Assembly: GCA_030603365.1 (NCBI GenBank)
Contig: JAUVXV010000001.1
Coordinates: 384,001 to 448,000 of the forward strand
Reading direction: 5' to 3'
DNA: 64,000 nucleotides
From: Candidatus Heimdallarchaeota archaeon
Lineage (GTDB): Archaea; Asgardarchaeota; Heimdallarchaeia; Heimdallarchaeales; Heimdallarchaeaceae
The first letter of the stretch is position 1; each line of letters begins with the position of its first letter. Positions 10,411 through 21,428 of this stretch are shown in pieces. The notes under the pieces were generated by a model that saw nothing but the letters and a program-made list of their open reading frames with translations, was not told the DNA's origin and searched no databases. Made by a program: the position numbers and the translations under genes.

Positions 10411-11238
10411 ATGAATGAATGCCACTATTGTAGAAACCCAGTACAATCTCATTGGAACTTTTGTCGTAAATGTGGAGCAAGACAGGTTCATAAAGAAGAA
10501 CCAGAGCTGGTTGTTAAATCAGAAGAAGTCATTGAAATAGCTAAAGTAGATCCAACCTCCCCGACTGGTATGATCTATGAACCTTTTGAACCAGAAGAAG
10601 TGAAAATAGAGGAAAAGGAAGAGAAAAAAGAGCTAACAGATGATGAACTTGTTGAAAGAATTGCAGATGTGATAATCAAACGAGAGCAATTCAACGCACT
10701 TCTCAAGAAGAAAAGCGAACTTGATGATGAGATAAATAAATTACTTGACCGAGTTAAAAACAAATTAATTCCTCGAGATGAAGCATTACCTCGAATTAAG
10801 AATTTGAAGGAAGAAGTGGAAGAAGTTACATCTCTAGAAGATGAATTTGAAAATTTCTCCGCTATTTTACCAATTGAAGAGATTATTGAAGACAGAGCTA
10901 ATCAACGTCAAAAGCTCAAAAAATTGTCTGGACTTAAAGGAGACAAAGCTGTCAGTAGGGCTACTTTAGAAGAAATGGAGACCAAATTTAAGAAAAATAT
11001 TGACAACCTAACAACTAAGCTAAATATAGAATTAGCTAAAATGAGAAAAACTTTTGATGCTCTAGAAAGAAAAATGAAATCACTTCAAAGAGATTTAGAA
11101 GTTCTTTATGTGAACTCGCAGACAGGAGAACTATCAGCTAAGAAATATGAGCAACATAAACAAGACAAATCAAAAGAAATCGAAAAAATGAAAAAAGTCA
11201 GTAAAACCGTTGCGAGTATTCTAGCTGAAGCAAGATAA
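10411..11238 (+). CDS. Zinc-ribbon plus long coiled-coil protein (CdvA-like coiled coil possible)
   Basis: CHYC...FCRKCG at N-terminus; heptad-rich remainder ending LEVLYV...GELS...YE. Confidence 0.7.
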   Translation: MNECHYCRNPVQSHWNFCRKCGARQVHKEEPELVVKSEEVIEIAKVDPTSPTGMIYEPFEPEEVKIEEKEEKKELTDDELVERIADVIIKREQFNALLKKKSELDDEINKLLDRVKNKLIPRDEALPRIKNLKEEVEEVTSLEDEFENFSAILPIEEIIEDRANQRQKLKKLSGLKGDKAVSRATLEEMETKFKKNIDNLTTKLNIELAKMRKTFDALERKMKSLQRDLEVLYVNSQTGELSAKKYEQHKQDKSKEIEKMKKVSKTVASILAEAR

Positions 11239-11250
11239 GTGGGTGTAAAA

Positions 11251-12234
11251 ATGATATCTGACCCAATACATACAATTAATGATAAAATTGCAATTATTGA
11301 TGGACCTTCTGGTGATGGGGGAGAACGTAATAGAGGATATTTACTTGGTAAAAATTCTTTTGCTATAATCAATACTGGTAGAAAAGGAAGCATCGAAAAT
11401 ACATTCCTAGAAGCCATTCATAATAAAGGAAAAGATGCAAAAGATGTAAAATATATTTTCATAACCCATCCTTATCCAGATGTAATGGGAGGAGTATATC
11501 GTTTAAAGAAAATCTTTCCAAAGGCTCAAGTAGCAATTCATGAAAAATGTAAAGATATTATGAGTGAGCCAAATACAATAAGAGATGTAAATTTCCGATT
11601 TACTAGAAAAGAAAAACTGTATTTTGCAGTGAAAAAGGATCCTTTTGATGATTTGGAGAAGTTTAAACCTGATATTTATTTCAAAGACGGAGAAAAGTTT
11701 GAACTTGATAACACTAAATTGATGGTTATTAATTTTGATGGTATTTGTAAAGGACATAGTATGTTTTTTGCTACTGCTGAAAGAACTATGTTCACAGGTG
11801 ATGCACTTAATCTTTACCCAGCTTTGTCCAGTAGTTATCTAATTGATTTTTCAGGATCATATAAAAAATGGCTGAAAAACATCGAATTTCTAGAAAAAGC
11901 AAAAATTTCAATGATTTGCCCTGCACATGATGGTTATCAAGAAAATAGACATGTTATACCATATATAGATGACGTGAAAATAGCATTCAATCAATTCGAA
12001 AATCAGCTTGAGATGGCAATGACAGAACAAAAATATCTTACCATGAATCAGTTAATTGAACGAGTTCATAACTCTCAAGGAATAGTATGGTACCATCCGT
12101 ACTCTGTTCTAGCTCCAAAGGCCAACATGGCAGCACATTTGCAAAAGCTAATAGATGAACAAAAAATTCAGAGAAACGAAAAATCTGATCCCATTACTTA
12201 TACGTACATAGCTCCAAAAGATGATTTTATCTAA
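11251..12234 (+). CDS. Metallo-beta-lactamase-fold protein with degenerate metal site
   Basis: Motifs INTG, ITHPYPDVMGG, FTGDA, CPAHD; possible C-terminal winged helix. Confidence 0.8.
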   Translation: MISDPIHTINDKIAIIDGPSGDGGERNRGYLLGKNSFAIINTGRKGSIENTFLEAIHNKGKDAKDVKYIFITHPYPDVMGGVYRLKKIFPKAQVAIHEKCKDIMSEPNTIRDVNFRFTRKEKLYFAVKKDPFDDLEKFKPDIYFKDGEKFELDNTKLMVINFDGICKGHSMFFATAERTMFTGDALNLYPALSSSYLIDFSGSYKKWLKNIEFLEKAKISMICPAHDGYQENRHVIPYIDDVKIAFNQFENQLEMAMTEQKYLTMNQLIERVHNSQGIVWYHPYSVLAPKANMAAHLQKLIDEQKIQRNEKSDPITYTYIAPKDDFI

Positions 12235-12246
12235 GCAAAAAACAGC

Positions 12247-13431
12247 TTAGATTTCTTTTATTATTTCTTTAAGAACAGAGAAAGGGTTTTCGATATCTTT
12301 TACAGAAATCTGGGCAAATGATTTATTTCCGCCACCTTTTGCACCTGTTTTAGAACTAAGTTTGCTTACAACCTCATTTGCAGGTAGTGATTCCAAAGAT
12401 GAGAGAAGATATAGAATACTATTGCTTCCAAGTAATCCAAGAAAAGAATCTTTCTCAAGTTCTTTTGCTGAAGATTGAATTATTTGTCTGTCAATTTCAT
12501 CTAATTCCAGAATCGTTACATGCTTATCATTTATTTCTTCGCTCCAAGTTTTAATATTTTCAAAAATCATTTTCAATAATTTTACATTTCCTTGAACTAG
12601 AGTTTCATTATTTCTAATCTTATTAGTAACCATTTCTAACAGTTTTTTTCCTTTCTTCTCTGTAATTTCTTCCAAATTATTCATTAGTAGCCTCTGTTCA
12701 TTAGCAAAATTTATTGCATGTTTATCAACAAAATATTTGATCATGTTCCCTTTGTAACTATCAAAGACTATTCCTTTAATCTCTGATAAATTTCTTACAT
12801 GAATACCTCCACAGCAGACTAAATCGAAACCTTCGTCTTTACCTAACTGAATCAATCTTACTGTATCTTCATCAGATGTTTTTCCTCTTGTTATTGACTT
12901 ATATCTTTTAGAATAAGTTTCTTGATCAACAATTATGGATATAATTTCCGCATCTTGATTAAGTGTATTGTTCTCTTCTTCAATGGCATCAAAAATATCG
13001 GAAAGATTGAGTTTTTTATCAATTTCAATCTCTACTTTTCCTTCCTCAAAATTTGCTTTTAATGTTTTACAATCATATTTTTTCATTAAAATATGAGTCA
13101 ATAGGTGCTGTGAGGTGTGGGCTTTCATAAATTCATATCTTCTCTCCCAATCAAGTTTCAGCAATACTTCTATGCCTACCTCAAACTGAATCTCTTTATT
13201 CTTCTTTATTTTATGCCAAATTTCTTCATCTTTTTTGTAAACTTCTACTATAGGAAATTCAGTATCAAGATAGAGAATTCTTCCCTTATCGTGCAACTGC
13301 CCCCCACCTCCTGGATAAAAAAAGGTTTGGCTAAACTGTACTTCTGACCCTTTAATTTTTGTAATCTTTGCATTAATCTCTTGTTGGTAAGGAGAACTCC
13401 AATATATGGCTGTAGCTGATTCTTGATTCAT
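12247..13431 (-). CDS. AlaX-type trans-editing protein with DHHA1 domain
   Basis: FYPGGGGQ..D.G, DWERRY..MKAHTSQHLL, CCGGIHV, KGGG...FAQ. Confidence 0.9.
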   Translation of the reverse strand: MNQESATAIYWSSPYQQEINAKITKIKGSEVQFSQTFFYPGGGGQLHDKGRILYLDTEFPIVEVYKKDEEIWHKIKKNKEIQFEVGIEVLLKLDWERRYEFMKAHTSQHLLTHILMKKYDCKTLKANFEEGKVEIEIDKKLNLSDIFDAIEEENNTLNQDAEIISIIVDQETYSKRYKSITRGKTSDEDTVRLIQLGKDEGFDLVCCGGIHVRNLSEIKGIVFDSYKGNMIKYFVDKHAINFANEQRLLMNNLEEITEKKGKKLLEMVTNKIRNNETLVQGNVKLLKMIFENIKTWSEEINDKHVTILELDEIDRQIIQSSAKELEKDSFLGLLGSNSILYLLSSLESLPANEVVSKLSSKTGAKGGGNKSFAQISVKDIENPFSVLKEIIKEI

Positions 13432-13503
13432 TAAAGGGAAATAATGGGATTCAATAAAAAAAGTTGTGATTAAATAGAATAAATAAAAGAAAAAAAGTGA
13501 AAA

Positions 13504-14118
13504 TTAAGCTTTTTTCAGTTTTGCACCGCAAGTTGTACAAAAATCATCAGTTCCTTTATTTGTGCCACCACAATGAGTGCAAAATATTTCACCAAGTTGT
13601 TTAACTGGTTGTGCTGGTTGTTGTGCTGGTTGGTAAGCAGTTTGAACTGGTTGATAAGCTCCTGTTGCAGCTTCAACATCATCTGCTTTATCTTTCCATA
13701 CAGCTCCACCTATAGCTGATCCAATAGCTGCTGCTCCAACAAACATAGCTGCTGCTACTATCATAGCTATAAGGAAAATTATTCCAACTACTACAAGCAA
13801 GACACCACCTATTGCCCCAACCAATCCAGTAATGAGGTTATCAGATACTGATTCTGCAAAGGTTTCTCCTGCTGTAAACATAATTACTCCAACTACTATT
13901 CCAAAGAGAGCTATAAGACCAGAAATTGCACCTGCTATTTTAACTCCATCACTCTTATAAGCTAAGAATCCTAGTACAAATCCACCCAGTATGACCCCCC
14001 CTGCAGTAAATGCTATATTACCATAATTTCCTGTATTTGTGAAAACTACCATAGGAATCATTATTCCAAGTCCTACTACAGTTCCCAGTACATCAAATAG
14101 TGCTCTACTACGTGCCAT
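13504..14118 (-). CDS. Membrane protein with Q/P linker and C-terminal zinc ribbon
   Basis: About 4 Gly-rich TM segments, YQPAQQPAQP linker, FCTHCG...FCTTCG. Confidence 0.8.
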   Translation of the reverse strand: MARSRALFDVLGTVVGLGIMIPMVVFTNTGNYGNIAFTAGGVILGGFVLGFLAYKSDGVKIAGAISGLIALFGIVVGVIMFTAGETFAESVSDNLITGLVGAIGGVLLVVVGIIFLIAMIVAAAMFVGAAAIGSAIGGAVWKDKADDVEAATGAYQPVQTAYQPAQQPAQPVKQLGEIFCTHCGGTNKGTDDFCTTCGAKLKKA

Positions 14119-14229
14119 GAAATATTATTGGACTTTTTACTATATATTTGTTTAGAAACAAGAAATGCAACTTAGTATTGTTTTGTAAAGAGTAGTATTC
14201 CAAAAATTTTTAACAAATATAAAGAGTGA

Positions 14230-15663
14230 TTGTTGAGAGCTATGACAGCGAGACTAGAGAAATATTTTAACGCTAAATCATTTTGCGTGGTAGGAGCTTC
14301 TACAACACCCAATAAACCAGGGAATGTCGTAGCATATAATTTTGTTCATTCTTTCCCTGGTGAGACTTACTTGGTTAATCCAAGGGGTGGGGAGTTATAC
14401 AATAAAAAACTCTACAAATCTATATTAGAGATAGATGCTCAAATTGATGCAGCATGTATTATTGTACCTGCTAAGTATACACCTCAAACATTAAAACAGT
14501 GTGGTGAAAAAGGTATAAAAAATGTGATAATTACCACCGGTGGTTTTAGTGAAGCAGGTGAAGAAGGCTTACAATTACAGCAACAAATGCTCGAAATCAT
14601 GAAAAAATATGAAATTAATGTTATTGGTCCAAATTGTCTCGGACTCTATTCTCCTGCTCTTGGTTACGATACAATGTTTTTACCATCGAGTAAATTAAAG
14701 AGACCAAAAAGTGGCCCTGTTTCCATTTTAACACAAAGTGGTGCTTTCGGAGCAGCTTTTATAGATCAACTTTCTAGACTGGGTTCTGGACAATGGGTTT
14801 CTAAATTTGTTTCCTATGGTAATGCCAGTGATATAAATGAAACAGATTCATTAGAATATGTTGGTAATGATTCAAATACTAAAATGGTACTCATTTATCT
14901 TGAAGATTTCAAAGATGGACGAAGATTTATGGAAAAAGCCAGAGAGATTTCTTTAAGAAAACCTATAATGGGAATTAAAGCGAATAGGACAGAAACAGGT
15001 GCTAAAGCTGGAGCTTCCCATACTGCTGCTTTATCTTCAGATGATGTTATTGTTGATGACCTTATGAAAGATGCTGGTATAATCAGAGTTACAACTTGGG
15101 ATCAGTTAGAAGACTGTGTCTTAGCATTTGGAACACAACCTCTTCCACTCGGAGATAAAGTTGCTATAATTACTGATGGGGGAGGAGCAGGTGTAATGGC
15201 TTCTGATATGGTTTCTGATTGTAATCTAAAACTAGCAAAATTCTCTTTAGATGTTCAAACTAAATTGAACGAAATCTTCCCCTCATTTTATGCTACAGGA
15301 AATCCTATAGACATTACAGGAAGTGCAACAGCTGAAGATTATAAAATTGCACTAGAAGCAGCTTATAATGATCCTGAAGTAAATTCAGTGGTTAACATCT
15401 GTATTCCTGTTATACCAGATTTAGATATCAATGAATATATGAAAATTACTAAAGAAATTGCAAAGAGAAAAGAAAAACCCTTTGTAACTGCATTAGTAGG
15501 AGGAGAAGAAGCAGATTTTGCAGCTGCTGAATTATTAAGAGAAGACATTCCAGTTTTTACTAGCCCTGGAAGAGCTGTTAGGGCATTAGGAATGTTAACA
15601 GATTATACAAATTATCTAAGGAAACACGGTGTGGATCCAAGTTCAATTTCAGTGGAGGAATAA
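14230..15663 (+). CDS. ADP-forming acyl-CoA synthetase alpha subunit
   Basis: VVGAS..P.K.G, GGFSEAG, IGPNCLG, QSGA, SHTAAL phospho-His motif, NPIDITG. Confidence 0.95.
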   Translation: MLRAMTARLEKYFNAKSFCVVGASTTPNKPGNVVAYNFVHSFPGETYLVNPRGGELYNKKLYKSILEIDAQIDAACIIVPAKYTPQTLKQCGEKGIKNVIITTGGFSEAGEEGLQLQQQMLEIMKKYEINVIGPNCLGLYSPALGYDTMFLPSSKLKRPKSGPVSILTQSGAFGAAFIDQLSRLGSGQWVSKFVSYGNASDINETDSLEYVGNDSNTKMVLIYLEDFKDGRRFMEKAREISLRKPIMGIKANRTETGAKAGASHTAALSSDDVIVDDLMKDAGIIRVTTWDQLEDCVLAFGTQPLPLGDKVAIITDGGGAGVMASDMVSDCNLKLAKFSLDVQTKLNEIFPSFYATGNPIDITGSATAEDYKIALEAAYNDPEVNSVVNICIPVIPDLDINEYMKITKEIAKRKEKPFVTALVGGEEADFAAAELLREDIPVFTSPGRAVRALGMLTDYTNYLRKHGVDPSSISVEE

Positions 15664-15665
15664 AA

Positions 15666-16352
15666 ATGAGCGATAATAAAACACTTTTCCAAGAAGCAAA
15701 ATTAGAAAATCGTGAAGCACTTTTAGAACATGAAGCTAAAGAAGTTTTGAAAAATATGGGTGTTAAAATACCTCCATCTAAACTAGCTAAGACAGAAGAT
15801 GAAGCTGTAAGTGCTGCTGAATCCTTTGATTATCCTGTAGTAATGAAACTAATGTCTTCTGATGTTCTTCATAAAACAGATGCAAAAGCAGTAATAATAG
15901 ATCTAAACTCTCCTTCGGAAGTAAGAGAAACATTTCAAGATTTCATGACAAGGTTCGCAAATGTTGCTGTAGCTGGAGTATTAGTTGAAAAGATGGTTAA
16001 AAAAGGAATTGAGCTAATTATAGGAACTAATACAGATGATGACTTCGGTCCTGTAATCTTATTTGGTGTTGGAGGAGTCTTAGTAGAAGCAATCAAAGAT
16101 GTTGTATTTCGAATGTGTCCTACTACAAAAGAGCAAGCTTTTGATGCAATCAACGAGATTAGAGCTAAAGTTATCTTGGAAGGATTTAGAGGTCTTCCTG
16201 CAGTAAATAAAAATGAACTATCAGACTTATTGGTTAAAATATCTCAACTAGCTTGGGAATATCGTGATTATATCTTAGAAATGGATTTCAACCCAATTAT
16301 CGCTAATGAAGATGGATTGTTCCCAGTAGATGCACGAATAATTCTAAAATAA
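15666..16352 (+). CDS. ADP-forming acyl-CoA synthetase beta subunit
   Basis: YPVVMK, HKTDA, FGPVILFGVGG, EMDFNP, DARI; 2 nt after the alpha gene. Confidence 0.95.
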   Translation: MSDNKTLFQEAKLENREALLEHEAKEVLKNMGVKIPPSKLAKTEDEAVSAAESFDYPVVMKLMSSDVLHKTDAKAVIIDLNSPSEVRETFQDFMTRFANVAVAGVLVEKMVKKGIELIIGTNTDDDFGPVILFGVGGVLVEAIKDVVFRMCPTTKEQAFDAINEIRAKVILEGFRGLPAVNKNELSDLLVKISQLAWEYRDYILEMDFNPIIANEDGLFPVDARIILK

Positions 16353-16406
16353 TCCATTTCTCTCTTCTTGTTTTAGAAATTAAGAGTGCTAAAAAGAGAA
16401 TTTATT

Positions 16407-18608
16407 CTAGATTTCTTCCAAATACTCTTCAAGCTCAATTTCCTCTTCCTCTCCTTTAGTAGCAAATCTCATATCTAATTCTGCTATTGTTTTCTTTAAA
16501 GTCTCAAGAACAACAGAATCATCTTCATAGTGTTGAGAGTCAATAACTCTTTTGTATATTTCCTCTGGAAGATTCTTATAGTATCTAATACCATAAGCAA
16601 TAGAATCTCTTACTTTTGGATCTCGATCATTTTCCAGAATCTTGATTATTCCTTCAAGAGTATCTTCATTATTCTGGTAAAGTAAACATATTGCCGCTGT
16701 TGCTCTTTCAATTGGATAACTACTGTCTAACATTGTAATGAGTTTTGTATTTGTTTGTGCAGATTCTCCTCTTTTGGTAAGAACTAGTGCTAACCATATT
16801 TTAAGAAATGCAGGAGATTCATCAAGGCTTTCTTCGATTTTACCCATATCTAAATTCTTTCTTAAAACCAGTTCTTTTAGTGCTGTTTCCGTATTATCTC
16901 CTGCTAAGGTCAAAATTAATGACCCCAAATTATCTTTTCTCATAGTAGGAATTATAATCATTGGCACAAAGAAGAGTGCTATAAGGGGGTAATATCCAAC
17001 ATTGTTGTATACAAGGTTATTGAGTGCTACAAAGAAGTAGATTATACCTCCTAGCAAACCAACAATTTTCAGAGGATATTGATATTTGAATCTACCTCTC
17101 GATATAGGGTTTTTAACAAAGAAGAAAGCTATAGCAAAAGCTATGACTCCTATTGAAATTGGAACTGCAGTGTAGAGGAAGATAGACGTTCCAGTTAAAG
17201 TTTGGCTCGTAATCGCGGTTGCAAGATACATAACTCCAAAGTAAATAATTACTGGAATTCCTGTTGATAAGGTAAGTATTGTAATTCTTCTCTTGCGTAA
17301 TTTCTTTTCCAGAAATGTTGCTTGTTTTTTTAGTGGAGGAACAACTGGATCTGTCATTTGGAGAGTAGCTTGTGTCATAGTTTTCATTAAGCCAGTATAG
17401 CTTTGTGCGCCATATCGTTTAGTTATCAGTTTGTTAACTAGACCAACTAAAACAATGAAAATTATTAAAGAAAATAAAATTCCAAGGAATTGGAAAATAA
17501 ACTGTAATATTACTTCAATTAACAATATAACAACAAAAAACACTAATAATGCTACTCCTTGTTTTCTTAGAGTTTTCCAGGTTTTCTTGGCAAAACTAAC
17601 TGTGTCCCTATAGAATATAATAGGGTAAATTATCATCCCGTAAAGACCTATTGTTTGCAGAGTCTTCATTATATTGATTAGAATTGATGATATATGGGAT
17701 TTATCAGGAAAATCCCATTTTAAAATAACAATAAATTCAAACACATTAGAAGTGTCATATCCAAAGCCAAATCCCAAAAAAAGTAAGATCATAGCTAATT
17801 CTATCCTCCTACTTAAATGATAAACCAGAATTATAACTAAGGAGACTACTAGAAAATAGAAGAGATCCGTTAGAAATGGAATCAATAGAGTGTATGACTG
17901 CTCTTGAAATGCTGTAACTAGATACTGTGGCATTGAAAACTGAGAAAGTAAATAGAACATCAAAAGAATTGTAGCTGTAGATACTGCAACACCATCCATT
18001 GTGTTTACTTTTTTGTTAATTGAATACATTATCCCAGCATATAGCAAAGCAAAAACTGCACTAGCCAGCAGTATTGCTCCAATGTATATTATATAATCAT
18101 TTGTCTTATAATCAACTTGAGGTACTGATGTGTTTCCATTAGAAGGTGATCCGTTTATTTGTTCTATGTTACTCTCAATTCCTGCAATTTTTTGTGCTGC
18201 AGGTTGAAGAAACTTGGTATAAATATTTGACATACCGAGGATGAAAACAAATCCAAAAAGGGCTATTTTAAGGATATTCAATTTATTGCTAGCAATCTTC
18301 TTTGGAGAATTGATGCGGATTCCCAGTTTAAGAATATAATAGACACTTAGCCCCACTACTGCTATGAATGTACCAACATATACGAGGATGTATGAAGTTA
18401 AATTTATAGTGTCTCCTGGAGTAAATAAATCATTGAAGACTTTAGCACCCATGATAAATCCCAATAGTATAGCTAGACCAATACCTAATAATTGTCCTCC
18501 AAATTGCACTGTCCAATCCATGAAAATGAGGTCTCTTGCAAGAATAACACTAAAGGGTTCAAATTCTTCCTCTTCAGGTTTCTCTTCCTTGCTTTCATCA
18601 TTTGACAT
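16407..18608 (-). CDS. Polytopic membrane protein with C-terminal HEAT-like repeats
   Basis: More than 12 hydrophobic segments; C-terminal ERATAAICL and DRDPKVRDSIAYGI repeats. Confidence 0.75.
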   Translation of the reverse strand: MSNDESKEEKPEEEEFEPFSVILARDLIFMDWTVQFGGQLLGIGLAILLGFIMGAKVFNDLFTPGDTINLTSYILVYVGTFIAVVGLSVYYILKLGIRINSPKKIASNKLNILKIALFGFVFILGMSNIYTKFLQPAAQKIAGIESNIEQINGSPSNGNTSVPQVDYKTNDYIIYIGAILLASAVFALLYAGIMYSINKKVNTMDGVAVSTATILLMFYLLSQFSMPQYLVTAFQEQSYTLLIPFLTDLFYFLVVSLVIILVYHLSRRIELAMILLFLGFGFGYDTSNVFEFIVILKWDFPDKSHISSILINIMKTLQTIGLYGMIIYPIIFYRDTVSFAKKTWKTLRKQGVALLVFFVVILLIEVILQFIFQFLGILFSLIIFIVLVGLVNKLITKRYGAQSYTGLMKTMTQATLQMTDPVVPPLKKQATFLEKKLRKRRITILTLSTGIPVIIYFGVMYLATAITSQTLTGTSIFLYTAVPISIGVIAFAIAFFFVKNPISRGRFKYQYPLKIVGLLGGIIYFFVALNNLVYNNVGYYPLIALFFVPMIIIPTMRKDNLGSLILTLAGDNTETALKELVLRKNLDMGKIEESLDESPAFLKIWLALVLTKRGESAQTNTKLITMLDSSYPIERATAAICLLYQNNEDTLEGIIKILENDRDPKVRDSIAYGIRYYKNLPEEIYKRVIDSQHYEDDSVVLETLKKTIAELDMRFATKGEEEEIELEEYLEEI

Positions 18609-18611
18609 AAA

Positions 18612-20486
18612 CTAGACCTCGATATCACTGAGTATGACGTCAAAACGTCTTTTTCTACTTTTAGTATACTTTCTTATTCGTTTTCCAATCAGGTAAAAGA
18701 TTACAACAACCACTCCCACTGCAATTGCTATTCCAGTATATATTACATTCCAATTCCTACTTACTTTGATGAAAATTTGATAAGTATTATCGAATTCATA
18801 GAGTTCATAGATTTGACTCCCAGCATCAACAAAAATGGAAACGTTCCAAACTCTCAACCCAAATCCTTGAAATTCTTCAAACTGAAGAGACAGTGTTTCA
18901 TTTACATCTAAGCTTTCTATTTCTTCACTTAGTTTGATGGAATCATTTACTGCTAATGTAACCCAAAAGGGAGCTGAAAGAATAGTACCATTATTCTGAA
19001 CAGTAAAATCAATTTGTAATCTTCTGAACTCTGTAGGATTTTCAGGACTAACTATAACCTCTTTTACATTTAAATTTGGAAAACGATACCAAGAATAGAT
19101 ATCAGTTGTATTTTCATCATATTCTGCGAAATATGATATTATGTTCATAGGATATAGAATATTGGCGGAACTATTCCAATTTTCAGTTTCTGGAGGGGAA
19201 GTTATTACGCTACTAAAGAAGCTTGTTGTACCTATTATTCCTAACGAATAATTCCCATAATAGGTTAAGATATTGCCTTCTCCTCTTATAGCATAATTAT
19301 CTAAATCATAGATTAATGTTCCATTTTCTTCTGTATATATAGGGATAATTTCTGAACCATCTTCTAATACAATTACTCCTAATCTCTGATTTCGATAGGA
19401 CAAGGTCGTATAGAAGAATTCACCATATTTCATATTGTCAACTGAAATATATTGTATTCCTGCTTTGTGTGGTTTACCATTGATTGTATAATTGTAAATT
19501 ATTGTTAGAGAGAAATTGAAATCTGCATCTGTAAAGATTCTGTGATAATTTTCAGAAGGATTCAACTCATTATTTGGGAGTGTTTCTGTACCATTTGCTA
19601 CTAATACTGTAAAAAGTTCATATATTCGAAAATCTGTATCTCGAAATACAATTCCGCCATCTTCAACTGTGGATATAGTTAACTCTGCGCTTCCTTGTAA
19701 AGATGGAATTGAGTCTGTATCTGGGGATGGATAAGCATAATATTCTGTTCCCCAAAGAAATTGAGGAATTGCTGTATAAACAAAAGATCCTTCTTCTAAT
19801 GATAGTGAATAAAAGACTACGCCTATTGGTCCTGAACCTCTAATGGTAGTTCCTTTGCTTACTTCTATGTCTATTGTTTGTCCAACAAAATCTATCTTAA
19901 GTGTTTGATCCGCAAAACCAGGAGTACTAACAGTAACTTCTGAATTATTGAATCCTGCAACAATTTTTGCCTTCATATTGTCGTATGGACTTTGATATTC
20001 ATCTCCCCACATAGACAATACTAAGGGGGCATACGAAAATGTATCATCCGAATCATTAGTTTCAGATGAATGATATACATTGATTTGTAATGGTACGAAA
20101 GTTTGGATCAAGGAACCATTTACCATATTCTCTTCAATTGCTGAATTAAGAGTTAATGTTTGATTCGCATCAATATATTCAGTAGAATTATATTGTATGG
20201 GCTCAAACCCAAAAATGACTGGAACACCATCATAGAACGTAGTTATCTCTACAATAGTAGGACCAAATGGTCCAGCTCTGAATAGTAAAGGTAATCTATA
20301 ATTGAGATATAATCCTCCAGCTGAGCTTCCTCCACTAGTATCTTCCCCACCTCCCGGAGGAGGAATTTCACCAGAACTGGGACTACCAGCAAATGTATAA
20401 CTTATGGTATATGAACTTGAGATAGAGAAAGGACTAATTAATAGTAATAGGAATATGAAAATTGTAGCAAAAACTCGTTTTCTCAT
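18612..20486 (-). CDS. Secreted, membrane-anchored protein with CARDB-like Ig domain
   Basis: Signal peptide; PNLNV...VQNNG...VDAGSQIYELYEFDN CARDB pattern; C-terminal TM with basic tail. Confidence 0.8.
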   Translation of the reverse strand: MRKRVFATIFIFLLLLISPFSISSSYTISYTFAGSPSSGEIPPPGGGEDTSGGSSAGGLYLNYRLPLLFRAGPFGPTIVEITTFYDGVPVIFGFEPIQYNSTEYIDANQTLTLNSAIEENMVNGSLIQTFVPLQINVYHSSETNDSDDTFSYAPLVLSMWGDEYQSPYDNMKAKIVAGFNNSEVTVSTPGFADQTLKIDFVGQTIDIEVSKGTTIRGSGPIGVVFYSLSLEEGSFVYTAIPQFLWGTEYYAYPSPDTDSIPSLQGSAELTISTVEDGGIVFRDTDFRIYELFTVLVANGTETLPNNELNPSENYHRIFTDADFNFSLTIIYNYTINGKPHKAGIQYISVDNMKYGEFFYTTLSYRNQRLGVIVLEDGSEIIPIYTEENGTLIYDLDNYAIRGEGNILTYYGNYSLGIIGTTSFFSSVITSPPETENWNSSANILYPMNIISYFAEYDENTTDIYSWYRFPNLNVKEVIVSPENPTEFRRLQIDFTVQNNGTILSAPFWVTLAVNDSIKLSEEIESLDVNETLSLQFEEFQGFGLRVWNVSIFVDAGSQIYELYEFDNTYQIFIKVSRNWNVIYTGIAIAVGVVVVIFYLIGKRIRKYTKSRKRRFDVILSDIEV

Positions 20487-21424
20487 CTAACACGACCTCT
20501 TCTTTTGGAACCAAAATAGGTTATCAACAGTTTCTCCATTAAAACAGTTGTTGGAGCATCAATTACGTCAATATTCAGACCTAATACTTTGCGTTTAAAT
20601 TCGTTAATTTCCTTTATCTGCAATCCAAGTTCATACATAAACATACCTCTCTCAAGCAGATTACTGAAATTAACCGCTATGATATCTCCCGTTTCAGGAT
20701 CTTGGAATTTTACCTGTCTTGGATTTTTTGGGAATAAAAATTCTTCAGGATCATGTATGTGAATTAGCTTGACATCATGTCTTTTCACATTTGCAACTCT
20801 GAATCCATCCAAAGCACTTTCAAGATTTCCATGAAGATCAGTTAGAACGATGATTATTGCCCTTCTTTTTTGTGCTAATGCTATCTCTCTAATACTTTCT
20901 CCAATATCTGTATTTCCAAGAGGAGCAACTTTAAGCATCTCATTGAATATGTGGTACAGGTGTGTTTTTCCACCTCGTGGACGTATATATTTATGAATTT
21001 TATTAGAGAATGACACCCAACCAAAATTATCTCGGTTGTTCATAACTGTATAAGCTAGGGTTGCGATTGCCTCTACTGCCATTTTTATTCGAGGTGTTGG
21101 ATCACCTAGCAACATTGAGTAACTTGTATCGAGCATTAGAATAACGTTGGTGTTCCTTTCTTGTTCGTAATCTCTTACAATTAATTTGTGAGGAACTCTT
21201 GAAGATGCATTCCAATCTATGAATCTAAGATCATCTCCTTCAGTATATTCTCTTAAATCAGCATATTCTGTACCTGGACCTCGAAAGATAGATCGTCTGT
21301 GACCTTGAAGAAAACTGGTAGACCTCTCTTTGGCAAGAATCTCTAACCTTCTTAGTTTCTTAAGAGGAATTTTTCCGCTTTCTTTTTTCTCTTTCACTGA
21401 TTTTTGGTCTTCTGCTAGGGTCAT
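20483..21424 (-). CDS. DUF58 / von Willebrand A domain protein (MoxR partner)
   Basis: G.EYADLREY..GDDLRFIDWNAS, LDTSYSM MIDAS motif, LTD. Confidence 0.93.
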   Translation of the reverse strand: MTLAEDQKSVKEKKESGKIPLKKLRRLEILAKERSTSFLQGHRRSIFRGPGTEYADLREYTEGDDLRFIDWNASSRVPHKLIVRDYEQERNTNVILMLDTSYSMLLGDPTPRIKMAVEAIATLAYTVMNNRDNFGWVSFSNKIHKYIRPRGGKTHLYHIFNEMLKVAPLGNTDIGESIREIALAQKRRAIIIVLTDLHGNLESALDGFRVANVKRHDVKLIHIHDPEEFLFPKNPRQVKFQDPETGDIIAVNFSNLLERGMFMYELGLQIKEINEFKRKVLGLNIDVIDAPTTVLMEKLLITYFGSKRRGRVR

Positions 21425-21428
21425 AATC

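Noticed and set aside
13604-13654. Short repeats resembling a mini-array
   Set aside because: They encode the Q/P linker of the membrane protein; no spacer structure, so not CRISPR.
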